DNA of 64,000 nucleotides from Candidatus Terraquivivens tengchongensis. GTDB taxonomy: Archaea; Thermoproteota; Nitrososphaeria_A; Caldarchaeales; Wolframiiraptoraceae. Shown piece by piece: positions 49,599 through 59,150 of the stretch (its first letter is position 1; every line of letters begins with the position of its first letter). Under the pieces are notes generated by a model, which was not told where the DNA came from, searched no databases, and worked only from the letters and a program-made list of their open reading frames with translations. The position numbers and the translations under genes are program-made. The stretch covers positions 128,001-192,000 of the forward strand of contig JALNJZ010000002.1 of assembly GCA_023261845.1 (NCBI GenBank), read 5' to 3'.

Positions 49599-50236
49599 GA
49601 CCGATACTCCAAGTCGCTCTGGATTTTACGTCCCTTGAAGAAGCGTTTCGGGTTGCAGAGGCCGCCGTGAACGGAGGCGCTGACTGGCTCGAGATAGGTA
49701 CGCCGCTGATAAAGTCCGTGGGAATCAGTGCCGTGAAGACCATAGCAAAACGCTTTCCGAAAATTACAATCGTGGCGGACATGAAGACCGTTGACACAGG
49801 CTATCTTGAAGCTCGAATGGCAGTAATCCATGGAGCACGCGTAGTTACGGTGTTAGGTCTAGCATCTGACAGGACTATCAAGGAAGCGGCGGATGCGGCG
49901 CATGAATATAACGCCAAACTCATGGTCGACTTGATGCTGGTCAGAGATTTGCGGAAGAGGGCTGAGGAAGTCGTAGCCTTAGGCGCAGACTATGTGCTGT
50001 TGCATATCGGGAAGGACGTACAAAAGGACGGTTTGACACCGCTCACACTGTTAAGGGAAATCGCAAACGCTGTTGACGTTCCTGTTGCGGTCGCGGGCGG
50101 TCTGTCAGCGCTGACAGCTCCGATGGCCGTTAAGGCAGGAGCAAAGATAGTCGTAATCGGTAGTGCTATATCCAGCGCACCAGACCCGGAAACGGCAACC
50201 CGAAAGATCAGGGAAGCGCTGGACTCTGCCATTTAA
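49595..50236 (+). CDS. 3-hexulose-6-phosphate synthase-family protein
   Basis: LQVALD, WLEIGTPLIKSVG, VADMKTVDTG, VAVAGG. Confidence 0.88.
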   Translation: MRPILQVALDFTSLEEAFRVAEAAVNGGADWLEIGTPLIKSVGISAVKTIAKRFPKITIVADMKTVDTGYLEARMAVIHGARVVTVLGLASDRTIKEAADAAHEYNAKLMVDLMLVRDLRKRAEEVVALGADYVLLHIGKDVQKDGLTPLTLLREIANAVDVPVAVAGGLSALTAPMAVKAGAKIVVIGSAISSAPDPETATRKIREALDSAI

Positions 50237-51084
50237 ATAAAAGAGCGCTGCTCAAGAAGCTTATATGCCTCTTCGTACAACCTCTGCCCGACCTTAGCCC
50301 TACATGTTCTGAAGATTTCTTCGAGCTTATTCACATCTCCCTTCTTGATGAGTTTGACGATTTCGTTAAGTCTTTTCACGTAAAATGAGAAAACTTGAAA
50401 CGCATACGGATTCAGCTTGAATGCCGAGATAATAAGCTCAGGACTCTCCGATAGCGACGTTGCCGCCGAAAGTATCTGGAGTTTGAAGGTAGTGCCCGAG
50501 AGTTTCTTTGCTTCTCTGAACATCCCGCTATTCATGTTGAAAATCAGCGATACCGCTAATACATGCGATAGGGAGATGACGTGCGCCATAATCTTGTCAT
50601 GCGTCCTCCAATCGACGACGACAAAGTTCGCATCACTGAATAAATTCTTCGCTATGCGAAGCTCAGAACGTCTGCTCTTTATTGGTACCAATGCCATGAC
50701 TTTTCCTTTCATGTCGCTTGCACCAGGTCCAAATAGTGGGTGGACAGAAAGTAGCTTTGCATGTGTGCGCCGCGACCTCTTCAGAACCTTAACTACATGT
50801 GCTTTTAATGATGAGACTTCCACGATAACGCTCCCCTGCTTTGCGTACCTTAAAACATCCTTGATGACAGATGCCGTAACAGCCAACGGGACGGCGACAA
50901 GCGTGACATCCGCATCGTGTACAGCACTCTCGATGTTTCTGCTCATGCTTGCTCCAATTTCTTTTACTAACTTGAATGCTGCGCTTGGCCTTTTATCGAA
51001 GACTTTCACCTCGTCCCCCCTTTTGTAAAAATAATTAGCAAACCAGCTGCCCATCCTTCCGGCTCCGATAATTGCTGCCTTCAT
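50233..51084 (-). CDS. tyrA: Prephenate/arogenate dehydrogenase
   Basis: IIGAGRMG, EVSSLK, SVHPLFGP, HDKIMAHVISLSH. Confidence 0.85.
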   Translation of the reverse strand: MKAAIIGAGRMGSWFANYFYKRGDEVKVFDKRPSAAFKLVKEIGASMSRNIESAVHDADVTLVAVPLAVTASVIKDVLRYAKQGSVIVEVSSLKAHVVKVLKRSRRTHAKLLSVHPLFGPGASDMKGKVMALVPIKSRRSELRIAKNLFSDANFVVVDWRTHDKIMAHVISLSHVLAVSLIFNMNSGMFREAKKLSGTTFKLQILSAATSLSESPELIISAFKLNPYAFQVFSFYVKRLNEIVKLIKKGDVNKLEEIFRTCRAKVGQRLYEEAYKLLEQRSFI

Positions 51085-51136
51085 ATGTTTCCAATATCTA
51101 AAGAGAAATTAAAACTAAATAACTTTCCCTACCGGT

Positions 51137-52549
51137 TTAGGACATGCTACTAAGGAACTCGCCTATCCTCTTTACGCCCTCTAGCAGGACTTCTTTTGGT
51201 TGTCCAAGTGATATCCTAAAGTAGTTGAAATAGTTGCCAAACGCGCCACCAGGTGCTACGCTCACGTTCTTATTCTCTAGGAGCTTCACGGCAAATTCCG
51301 AGCCATCAACACCTTTTACGTCAATCCTCGGGAAAACGTACATGGCACCATCCGGTTTATAGAACGTTAGGGGTAAGGGCTTAAGAGCCTTACACACAGC
51401 TTCAGCCCTATCTTTCATCACCTCTGAGTTCTTCTTTGCCTCATCCAAACACTTCAACGCCTCGATGGCGGCATACTGTATGAACTCTGGGATACAAGTT
51501 ATTAGTGTGGACTGTATTGTGGCCATCTTGTTCGTTCTATCGAGGTCTGAGATGGTGAACCCAACCCTAAAGCCGGTCATGCCCCAGCTCTTGGAGAAGG
51601 ACGATATCAGGACGTAATTCACGTCAGGATAGTTAAGGACCGTGTTGTGCTCCGAGCCTGTAAAATTGTAGTCCGCATAAACCTCATCACTTATCAACGT
51701 CAGCTTCCTGTCTTGTGCTATCTCTACTATTCCCTTGAACGTCTTTTTGTCTAAAGCCTTGCCGGTTGGGTTGCACGGATAGTTCAGGATTATGGCCTTC
51801 GTGGCCGCGCTTATCTTTTCGTTAAGCTTATCAAGATCTGGCTCCCAACCATCCTCTAACCGTGTCTCCAACACGATTGGCCTCCCACCCACGTACCTGA
51901 CGCAAGGCTTGTAGATTGGCCATGATGGGTCGATAACTATAACCTCATCACCAGGCGATACTGTTGATGCAAGGGCTAAGTATACGCCGAATGCGCCGCC
52001 CACCGTGGCTATCACTTGGTCCGCCCTGGCATCTGCGCCGTACCTCATCTTCACGTAATCGGCGATTGCCTGTCTTAATTCCTGCTTTCCTTTCGGTTCC
52101 GTGTACCTTGACCTCCCTGCCTTCATCTCTTGGTATGCCCTTTCCACAACGGTGTTTGGTGCCCTGAAGTCAGGCTCACCTACGTCCATCCTGATGACCT
52201 TTACACCTTGCCTCTCGAGGGCCTCCGCCATCCTAGCTATGTCCCTATGCGTAAGGACTTTCCTTTCTGGTGGTTTTGGTTGAACCTTGGTGCACTCTTC
52301 GATGAGTAGCGTTGTTAGCTTTTGTGCAAAATCCTTTTCTATGCCGAGGTTCAGGGCCTCCTTGGTGATAGCTTCTCTTAACGCCCTCTCGATACTCGGA
52401 TCCTCAATGCTTAGACCCTTTGCTTGCTTCAGCTTGCCTACCTCAACACAAAGGGACTGCCGCCTTGCGATGAGCCTGAGAATTTCTTTAGTAACCTCCA
52501 AAACTTCACTCCTTAACTTATCAAGCTCGCTCTCTTTCGCACAGGACAT
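51137..52549 (-). CDS. Chorismate mutase (AroQ) - class I/II aminotransferase fusion
   Basis: LDKLRSEV..LIARRQSL..VGKLK..IEDPSIE; NYPCNPTG, ISDEVY, SFSKSWGMTGFRVG. Confidence 0.88.
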   Translation of the reverse strand: MSCAKESELDKLRSEVLEVTKEILRLIARRQSLCVEVGKLKQAKGLSIEDPSIERALREAITKEALNLGIEKDFAQKLTTLLIEECTKVQPKPPERKVLTHRDIARMAEALERQGVKVIRMDVGEPDFRAPNTVVERAYQEMKAGRSRYTEPKGKQELRQAIADYVKMRYGADARADQVIATVGGAFGVYLALASTVSPGDEVIVIDPSWPIYKPCVRYVGGRPIVLETRLEDGWEPDLDKLNEKISAATKAIILNYPCNPTGKALDKKTFKGIVEIAQDRKLTLISDEVYADYNFTGSEHNTVLNYPDVNYVLISSFSKSWGMTGFRVGFTISDLDRTNKMATIQSTLITCIPEFIQYAAIEALKCLDEAKKNSEVMKDRAEAVCKALKPLPLTFYKPDGAMYVFPRIDVKGVDGSEFAVKLLENKNVSVAPGGAFGNYFNYFRISLGQPKEVLLEGVKRIGEFLSSMS

Positions 52550-52740
52550 TTTACTTCATGAATAACGGCTAACTCATGTATTTAAACAATAAGCTTAAAT
52601 TAACTGAGTTGCTTTCACGTGCGTATTATGAATATTAAACTTTTCTATGAGCGAGCTAAGGAAGCATCTCACCACATTTGAGCAATTGACGCTGGAATGT
52701 CTAACACGAACTCCCTACGCTTAAGTGTTGTCTTCTATGC

Positions 52741-54888
52741 TCAATGTGATTGTGAAGCGTTCAGTGCTTTCAAAACCACCTTTACATCGGCGGCAAGGAC
52801 TGGGGGGTTATAGTCGCCAACGCCGTAAACGAATAGCGGGTTTATATCGACGTCTTCTATCTCTGGGAAATCTTCGGCAAGCTTTGCGATTCTAATGATT
52901 ATCTCCTTAACCTTTTCCTTATCCGAAGGCTTCTCGCCCCTTATGCCCTCGATGAGTTTTGAAGCTTTAGTCTCGTTTATCATCTCTTCTGCATCTTCCT
53001 TTGTTAGCGGCGTGACCCTGAAGGCCACATCTTTGTAAAGCTCTATAAGGGTACCGCCGCTTCCGAACATTATCAATGGACCGAAGGTAGGGTCTCTATG
53101 CATACCTATGGCTGTTTCTCTTCCTTGGGGAACCATCTTCCTAACTATTATTCCTCTTATCTCAGCGTTTGGTGCTTTCTCCTTCACGTTCTTCATGATC
53201 TTTTCGTATGCCTGCCTTACCTCATCTTGGCTCTTAATGTTGAGTATTATTCCTCCGACATCGACCTTGTGGAGTATGTTTGGAGACTCCACCTCTAAGA
53301 CTACGGGGTATCCGACACTATTAGCCGCTTTTACAGCATCTTCTACAGTATTCACTCTAACCTTATCAACTACAGGAATTCCGTACGATTTTGCGACCTC
53401 AGCCGCCTCAGAGGGTAGGAGTATGTTTCTTTTCTCCTCTATTGCTGCCTTTATTATTTTCTCTGCCCTGCTCTTATCTACCTTAATCTCTTTCATGTCC
53501 TCTTCTTTGTTTTTCTCCAAGAACCTGCGATACTTTAGTAGTTGACCTATGGCAGAAACTGCCTTCTCAGGTGTATCGTATGCTGGTATGCCGTTCGAAA
53601 TGAGCATCCTCATAGCATCCTCGCATTCTTTCCCTCCAATGAAGCATACGGTTATCGGCTTTTCTTTGCCCACAGAACTCTTCGCCCTTATGATAGCGTT
53701 TGCTACATCCGCCGGGTCGGTTTGTGCTGTGTGACAGTATAATATTATAACGTTGTTGACCCTATCATCTTCTAGAAGTGTTTTTAGTGCTCCTTCGTAA
53801 TCGCTCGGAGATGCCATTCCAGTTAGGTCGACTGGGTTGTATACGCTACCAAAAGGAGGCATGAACTTCCTAAGCTTCTCTGCTAGGTCATTCGGAATAT
53901 CCATGAGCTTTACTTTAAATTCTTCTGCCGCATCTGTTGCCATAACGCCAGCTCCGCCTCCGTTTGTTAATATTACAGAATTTTCGCCACGGGGTAGTGG
54001 AAGCAAATTAAACGCCACAGCCCAGTCGAAAAGCTCGATTATTGTAGGTGCCCTTATTATCCCCGCTTGTTTAAAAGCTACCTCATAAGCTATGTCTGAA
54101 CCAGCTAAGGAACCAGTGTGAGACCTTATTGCCTGTGAAGTTCTTTCTGATTTTCCTGGCTTTAGCACTATTATCGGCTTCTTTTTGCTCACTTTCTTAG
54201 AAACTTCCAGGAACTTTCTTCCATCTTCCACTCCTTCTAAGTATAGGGTTATAACCTTTGTATATTCATCGTCCCCAAAGTATTCTATAAAGTCAACTTC
54301 GTTTAGGTCTGCTTTATTACCCATGCTGACTAAGTCGGACAGTCCAATTTGCTTTAATGAAGTCCAGCCAGCTAAACCTATTGCCAGAGCTCCGCTTTGG
54401 CTAATGAATGCGATGTTCCCTTCCTTAGGCAATTGCTGTATAAAGCTTGCGTTTACCTTCTTTACGGTATCTGCTACCCCAATTATGTTCGGCCCTAAAA
54501 TCCTTGCACTCCCTTTCCTTGCAATTTCAACAAGTTCTAATTCTTCTTTCACATTGCCTATTTCTTTAAAGCCTGCAGAAATTATGGCGATTGCTTTAAC
54601 GCCTTTTTCTACGCACTCTCTGAGTACCTGCGGCACTGCTTTTGCTGGAACGGCTATGACCGCTAGGTCAACGTTGTGTGGAACATCTTTGATGGACTTG
54701 TAGCACTTTAAGCCTAAAATTTCGTCCGCGTTTGGATTTATAGGGAAAACTTTTTCTCTTGAAGGAGAAAATCTCAAGAGGTTCTTTACTATAGCATGAC
54801 CGATTTTATTGGGTTCTCTCGCCGCTCCTATGACGGCTATGCTGTCTGGTCTAAGAAGTTTAGTTATAACTTCACTCTGCTCGCTCAT
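52741..54888 (-). CDS. ADP-forming acyl/acetate--CoA ligase (fused alpha-beta)
   Basis: IAVIGAAREPNKIG, ISAGFKE, RILGPN, SQSGAL, SHTGSLAG, TNGGGAG, NPVDLTG, ATP-grasp DINP. Confidence 0.93.
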   Translation of the reverse strand: MSEQSEVITKLLRPDSIAVIGAAREPNKIGHAIVKNLLRFSPSREKVFPINPNADEILGLKCYKSIKDVPHNVDLAVIAVPAKAVPQVLRECVEKGVKAIAIISAGFKEIGNVKEELELVEIARKGSARILGPNIIGVADTVKKVNASFIQQLPKEGNIAFISQSGALAIGLAGWTSLKQIGLSDLVSMGNKADLNEVDFIEYFGDDEYTKVITLYLEGVEDGRKFLEVSKKVSKKKPIIVLKPGKSERTSQAIRSHTGSLAGSDIAYEVAFKQAGIIRAPTIIELFDWAVAFNLLPLPRGENSVILTNGGGAGVMATDAAEEFKVKLMDIPNDLAEKLRKFMPPFGSVYNPVDLTGMASPSDYEGALKTLLEDDRVNNVIILYCHTAQTDPADVANAIIRAKSSVGKEKPITVCFIGGKECEDAMRMLISNGIPAYDTPEKAVSAIGQLLKYRRFLEKNKEEDMKEIKVDKSRAEKIIKAAIEEKRNILLPSEAAEVAKSYGIPVVDKVRVNTVEDAVKAANSVGYPVVLEVESPNILHKVDVGGIILNIKSQDEVRQAYEKIMKNVKEKAPNAEIRGIIVRKMVPQGRETAIGMHRDPTFGPLIMFGSGGTLIELYKDVAFRVTPLTKEDAEEMINETKASKLIEGIRGEKPSDKEKVKEIIIRIAKLAEDFPEIEDVDINPLFVYGVGDYNPPVLAADVKVVLKALNASQSH

Positions 54889-55073
54889 TTTTCTTTTCCC
54901 GGGGGATTCTCTGATAAAGGCTTTATTTTAGGACTACTGTGGTATTAATGAGTTAAATATAAGTGTTTCATTTTTCCCGCAAATATGAAGGTTTATAGAA
55001 ACATCTGTACAAAATTTATGCGTACCCATCTTTCGGCGCACTTAACATAAAAATTTGATAAACATTATTAAAT

Positions 55074-55718
55074 ATGCGCTCCGAAATCAACATGGTGCGC
55101 TTGGGAAATACATCGTTGTTGGGAAGAAAAGGAAGGAAAATCTTCGAAGAAGCAACGGGTAAACTCATTGGCTACATGGCCAGACATGATGTAAGTCCTA
55201 CCGCATTGAGCTTTTTCGGACTCGCCTTAGCCATCGTATCAGCCGTTCTTTACGTTTTAGCTGCCAACGTACGCGAGTTTATAATCTTGGCAGCCGTCGT
55301 TTTATTAATATCTGGGTTCTTCGACGCAATAGACGGTGCAGTCGCAAGAGCCTCGGGCAAAGTTACCGCCTTTGGCGCGTTCACGGACTCCATGTTTGAC
55401 AGGATAGGAGATGCAGCACTAATCATCGCGATAACCCTTGCAGGTTTTTTGAACGTCCTGTTAGGCATGCTCCTGCTGTTATCTTCATACTTGGTAAGCT
55501 ACTCGAGGGCAAGGGCGGAGGGCCTCGGCATCGAGATGAAAGGTGTAGGACTCTTTGAGAGGGCTGAGAGAATTCTTGTGATCTTTGCAGCATCTATAAT
55601 TGAATACTTCTTTCCCCGCACCATGATGCTAGTCTCTGCCGTGCTGATAGTGATAAATGTCTTGGTAATCATCCAAAGAGTTTTACACGTGAGGTCTAAG
55701 TTGAAAGAAAAATGCTGA
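55074..55718 (+). CDS. CDP-alcohol phosphatidyltransferase (archaetidylinositol phosphate synthase-like)
   Basis: DAIDGAVAR..GAFTDSMFDRIGD, SYSRARAE, GLFERAER. Confidence 0.9.
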   Translation: MRSEINMVRLGNTSLLGRKGRKIFEEATGKLIGYMARHDVSPTALSFFGLALAIVSAVLYVLAANVREFIILAAVVLLISGFFDAIDGAVARASGKVTAFGAFTDSMFDRIGDAALIIAITLAGFLNVLLGMLLLLSSYLVSYSRARAEGLGIEMKGVGLFERAERILVIFAASIIEYFFPRTMMLVSAVLIVINVLVIIQRVLHVRSKLKEKC

Positions 55719-55719
55719 G

Positions 55720-56052
55720 CTAAACGGGAACGAATGTTATTTTACCATCCTTAAATTGCAACTCGTAAATGTAGTTTACCTCGAGCTTCACGTTGAGCAT
55801 TTCGTACTCTTCCTCCGTAAGGAAGAGCGTCATCTTCGGTATAATGAGCTCCCTCGCATGAGGTAGCAAGCCCATAGATTGCATCTGAAGGAATACGCCC
55901 TGCATCAACCTTTGTAGCATTAAAGTCTCCTCAGCAAGCACGCCGGTCCTTTCACTTTGTCGTCTGACCTCGACCAACTCTATTATTCTCCCAGGCCTAC
56001 CCGTCTCTGGATCGTTGGTGCTGGAAATCCTGTAAACCTTTACCAGAACCAT
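55720..56052 (-). CDS. Arcadin-1-like protein
   Basis: DP..G..IELVE N-terminus and PKMTLFLTEEEYE..EVNYIYELQFKDGKITF, matching the arcadin-1 pattern from recall. Confidence 0.7.
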   Translation of the reverse strand: MVLVKVYRISSTNDPETGRPGRIIELVEVRRQSERTGVLAEETLMLQRLMQGVFLQMQSMGLLPHARELIIPKMTLFLTEEEYEMLNVKLEVNYIYELQFKDGKITFVPV

Positions 56053-56104
56053 TTGGCAATAAGATGAAGACAGAAGTATATTAGTTTGTCGAGAATGTAT
56101 GCTG

Positions 56105-58195
56105 CTATGCGATATCCCTCTTCAGTAGTATCTTCACGTCAAAGGCCATACAACCACTTTCGTAGACGAATAGTGGGTTTATGTCAACATCGCTTATAAC
56201 ATCAAAGTCCAGCGCCAACTGGTTCACCGCTGCCAATACGTTCTTCACGGAGTCCACATCCTTCCGAGGGCCCCTAAAACCTTTCAATACCTGATAGACC
56301 TTCGTCTCACTCATCATCTCATCCACGTCAACATCAGTTAGTGGTGCGACCCTGAAGGACACGTCTTTGTAAAGCTCTACCAGAACACCTCCAGAGCCGA
56401 ACATAACGAGCGGTCCAAAAACTTCGTCTCTATGCATCCCCACAGCAACTTGTACACCTTCTTTAACGAACGACCTAACTACGACACCTTCTATCCTAGC
56501 GCCCGGACACCTTTCCACAACGGACTTGATAATTTCATGATAGGCATGCTCCAGCTCTTTACTGTTTTTTATATTGAGCTTTATCGCTCCTATGTCAGTT
56601 TTGTGGAGTACATCTGGGGATTCGACTTCAAGGACAATGGGGTATCCTATACTGTCCGCAAACCCAATAGCCTCTTCCAAGCTTTTTGCGACATTCTTCT
56701 TCGGTGCGGGTATACCATAGAGTCTTGCAACCTCGCACGACTCGGATTGTGTTAAGTTCCTCCCTTCTTTAATGGCTCTTGCTATAATTTCGTGTGCCCT
56801 GTCCTTTTCTCTCTTAACCTCAAGATGCTTGCCCGCCGGTCTGCTCTTATAATAAACGTACTTGTACTTCGTTGCGATAGCTGCTGCCGCCCTTTCTGGT
56901 GTATCAAAGGTAGGTACGCCGTTTTTTATGAGAAACCTTGTAGCATCATCACACTCCTTACCACCTATAAATGCGGAAACAATTGGCTTGTTTTTTCCCA
57001 CTTCACTTACGCAGCTTGCTATCGCCTTGGCAACATTCATGGGGTCAAGTGTGGCTGGATGTGAAAAAAGTGTTATAACTACATGAACTCTTTCATCTCT
57101 CAGTAAGACCGAAAGGGCTCCATAGTATTCTTTCTCCGTGGCCATTCCCGTCAGGTCTATCGGGTTGAGGACCGAGCCGAAACTTGGCATCCACTCTCTA
57201 AGAGCCAAAGCCAAATCATCGGGGATTTCCATCAAATGGAGCCCCAAATCCTCACAAGCATCAGCGCACATTATGCCTACACCGCCACCATTCGTCACTA
57301 TTACAACATTCTCACCCTTTGGGTCTGGTAGCATCGCCAAAGACAATGCGTAGTCAAAAAGCGTTCGTATATCGCTCGCCCTTATGATGCCACACTGCTT
57401 GAACGCTGCATCATAAGCGACGTCTAAGCCTGCTAGCGAGCCGGTATGCGATCTTACAGCCTCAGCCGCCTTTTTTCCCTTCCCCGCCTTCAGAATGATT
57501 ATGGGTTTTTTTCTACAAACTCTCTCGGCAACTTCCATGAACTTTTTCCCATCCTCAACACCCTCCATGTAGAGCGTTATGGCCTTCGTGTGAGGGTCTT
57601 TAGAGAAGAACTCAATAAGCTCACACTCATCTATATCTGCTCTATTCCCCAGGCTTATGATATCTAAAAGACCGATGCCCTTCACTTTAGTCCAAGTTAG
57701 TAGACCTGCCGCTAGGGCACCGCTCTGGGATATCATTACAATCTCTCCCTTCTCTGGAAGATAAGGCAGAAAGCTTGCATTCAAGTTAACTACCGTATCT
57801 ATCAAGCCCACTATGTTAGGTCCTAGAACCCTCACACCGCCTTTTTTTGCAATCTCTACTATCCTCTTCTCAGCCTCAACATTCCCAACCTCTCTAAAGC
57901 CAGATGATATGATGGCCGCAAACTTTACGCCCTTCTCGACACAATCCTCAATAATCTTTGGAACGATGTTAGCAGGTACAGCAATCACCGCCAAGTCGAG
58001 TTCAGATGGTACTTCTTTCAGGTTCGCGTAACACTTGAGACCAAGTATCTCTTCAACATTCGGGTTTATTGGAAAGACCCGCTCCTTCGGAAAACCGTTA
58101 TCAATTATGTTTTTAAGTATCACATGGCCGATCTTAGTTGGCTCTCTCGAGGCACCAACGATGGCCACGGTGCGGGGCCTTACGAGGTACTCCAA
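56105..58195 (-). CDS. ADP-forming acyl/acetate--CoA ligase (fused alpha-beta), second paralogue
   Basis: VGASREPTKIG, ISSGFRE, SQSGAL, SHTGSLAG, TNGGGVG, NPIDLTG, DINP. Confidence 0.93.
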   Translation of the reverse strand: MEYLVRPRTVAIVGASREPTKIGHVILKNIIDNGFPKERVFPINPNVEEILGLKCYANLKEVPSELDLAVIAVPANIVPKIIEDCVEKGVKFAAIISSGFREVGNVEAEKRIVEIAKKGGVRVLGPNIVGLIDTVVNLNASFLPYLPEKGEIVMISQSGALAAGLLTWTKVKGIGLLDIISLGNRADIDECELIEFFSKDPHTKAITLYMEGVEDGKKFMEVAERVCRKKPIIILKAGKGKKAAEAVRSHTGSLAGLDVAYDAAFKQCGIIRASDIRTLFDYALSLAMLPDPKGENVVIVTNGGGVGIMCADACEDLGLHLMEIPDDLALALREWMPSFGSVLNPIDLTGMATEKEYYGALSVLLRDERVHVVITLFSHPATLDPMNVAKAIASCVSEVGKNKPIVSAFIGGKECDDATRFLIKNGVPTFDTPERAAAAIATKYKYVYYKSRPAGKHLEVKREKDRAHEIIARAIKEGRNLTQSESCEVARLYGIPAPKKNVAKSLEEAIGFADSIGYPIVLEVESPDVLHKTDIGAIKLNIKNSKELEHAYHEIIKSVVERCPGARIEGVVVRSFVKEGVQVAVGMHRDEVFGPLVMFGSGGVLVELYKDVSFRVAPLTDVDVDEMMSETKVYQVLKGFRGPRKDVDSVKNVLAAVNQLALDFDVISDVDINPLFVYESGCMAFDVKILLKRDIA

Positions 58196-58249
58196 TCCTT
58201 TTCACGAAAGTCTGGACGTTTTACGGCTATAAAAACTTCTTAAGGATTT

Positions 58250-58687
58250 TTACTCCTCTCCTCCTCCCGCCTCTTCTTCCAAACTTTCAATGTAACGTCT
58301 ATATTCCTCCGAATCCATTAACTTCTCAAGTTCATTCGGGTCAGAAATCTCTACCTTTACTATCCAACCGTCTTCGTACGGTGAATCGTTTATCAGCTCC
58401 GGTTTATCGATTAGGTTGCTGTTTACCTCAACTATTTTTCCTGTAACTGGAGAATACACTTCCGATACAACCTTCACAGACTCTATCGTACAAAGTGTAT
58501 CTCCCTGCTTAAGCTTCTGGTTGACATTCGGCAACTCGAGGTACATTATATCGCGTAGCTTCTTCTGCGCATAGTCCGTTATGCCGATCATCGCTATTTT
58601 TTTCTTGACTAACTTAATCCACAAGTGGTCCTTGCTGTACATCAAGTCCTCCGGTATTTCAAAACTTTCAGACACGTACGGTTCCAC
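58250..58687 (-). CDS. gcvH: Glycine cleavage system H protein / lipoyl carrier
   Basis: YSKDHLW, GITDYAQ, IESVKVVSEVYSPVTG, INDSPYEDGWI. Confidence 0.93.
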   Translation of the reverse strand: MEPYVSESFEIPEDLMYSKDHLWIKLVKKKIAMIGITDYAQKKLRDIMYLELPNVNQKLKQGDTLCTIESVKVVSEVYSPVTGKIVEVNSNLIDKPELINDSPYEDGWIVKVEISDPNELEKLMDSEEYRRYIESLEEEAGGGEE

Positions 58688-58733
58688 CTAAAGCGCCCGC
58701 AATAGAATCTTATATTTAAAATTTCCTAAGGCC

Positions 58734-59096
58734 TTACTTTAGCATCTCGCTGAGCCTTTTATACTCGCCCTCCTTATAAAATAGGATCTCGGTCTCAAGC
58801 TTTACCCGCATGCCCAACCTTCTGAATAACTGGAGGAGCGTCCCTCCATCAATCTTATCCTGTAGAGCACCCTTATCCGCCAACTCGACCAGTTTGTTTA
58901 TCACAACCTTTGTCTGTTCAGGGTATTGCTCTAGGGCGGCGTTAAGCACTTCTTCTGCCCTATCGCCAAGGAACGGCCTAAGCTTTTCCATGGGTCCTTC
59001 TGCGGTCTTAGTCTGCTCAACCTTTTGAGCACTCTGCATCAGCTGGCGTAACCTTCTCATCTGTATCCTCTTAAGTTCTAGGTCATCTCCGGACAT
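58734..59096 (-). CDS. PDCD5-like double-stranded DNA-binding protein
   Basis: DDLELKRIQMRRLRQL N-terminus, KIDGGTLLQLF. Confidence 0.65.
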   Translation of the reverse strand: MSGDDLELKRIQMRRLRQLMQSAQKVEQTKTAEGPMEKLRPFLGDRAEEVLNAALEQYPEQTKVVINKLVELADKGALQDKIDGGTLLQLFRRLGMRVKLETEILFYKEGEYKRLSEMLK

Positions 59097-59150
59097 AGCT
59101 AATACAGAAGTGCCATAATCTGCATATAGACTTTTCCGGCATCTAAAGCT

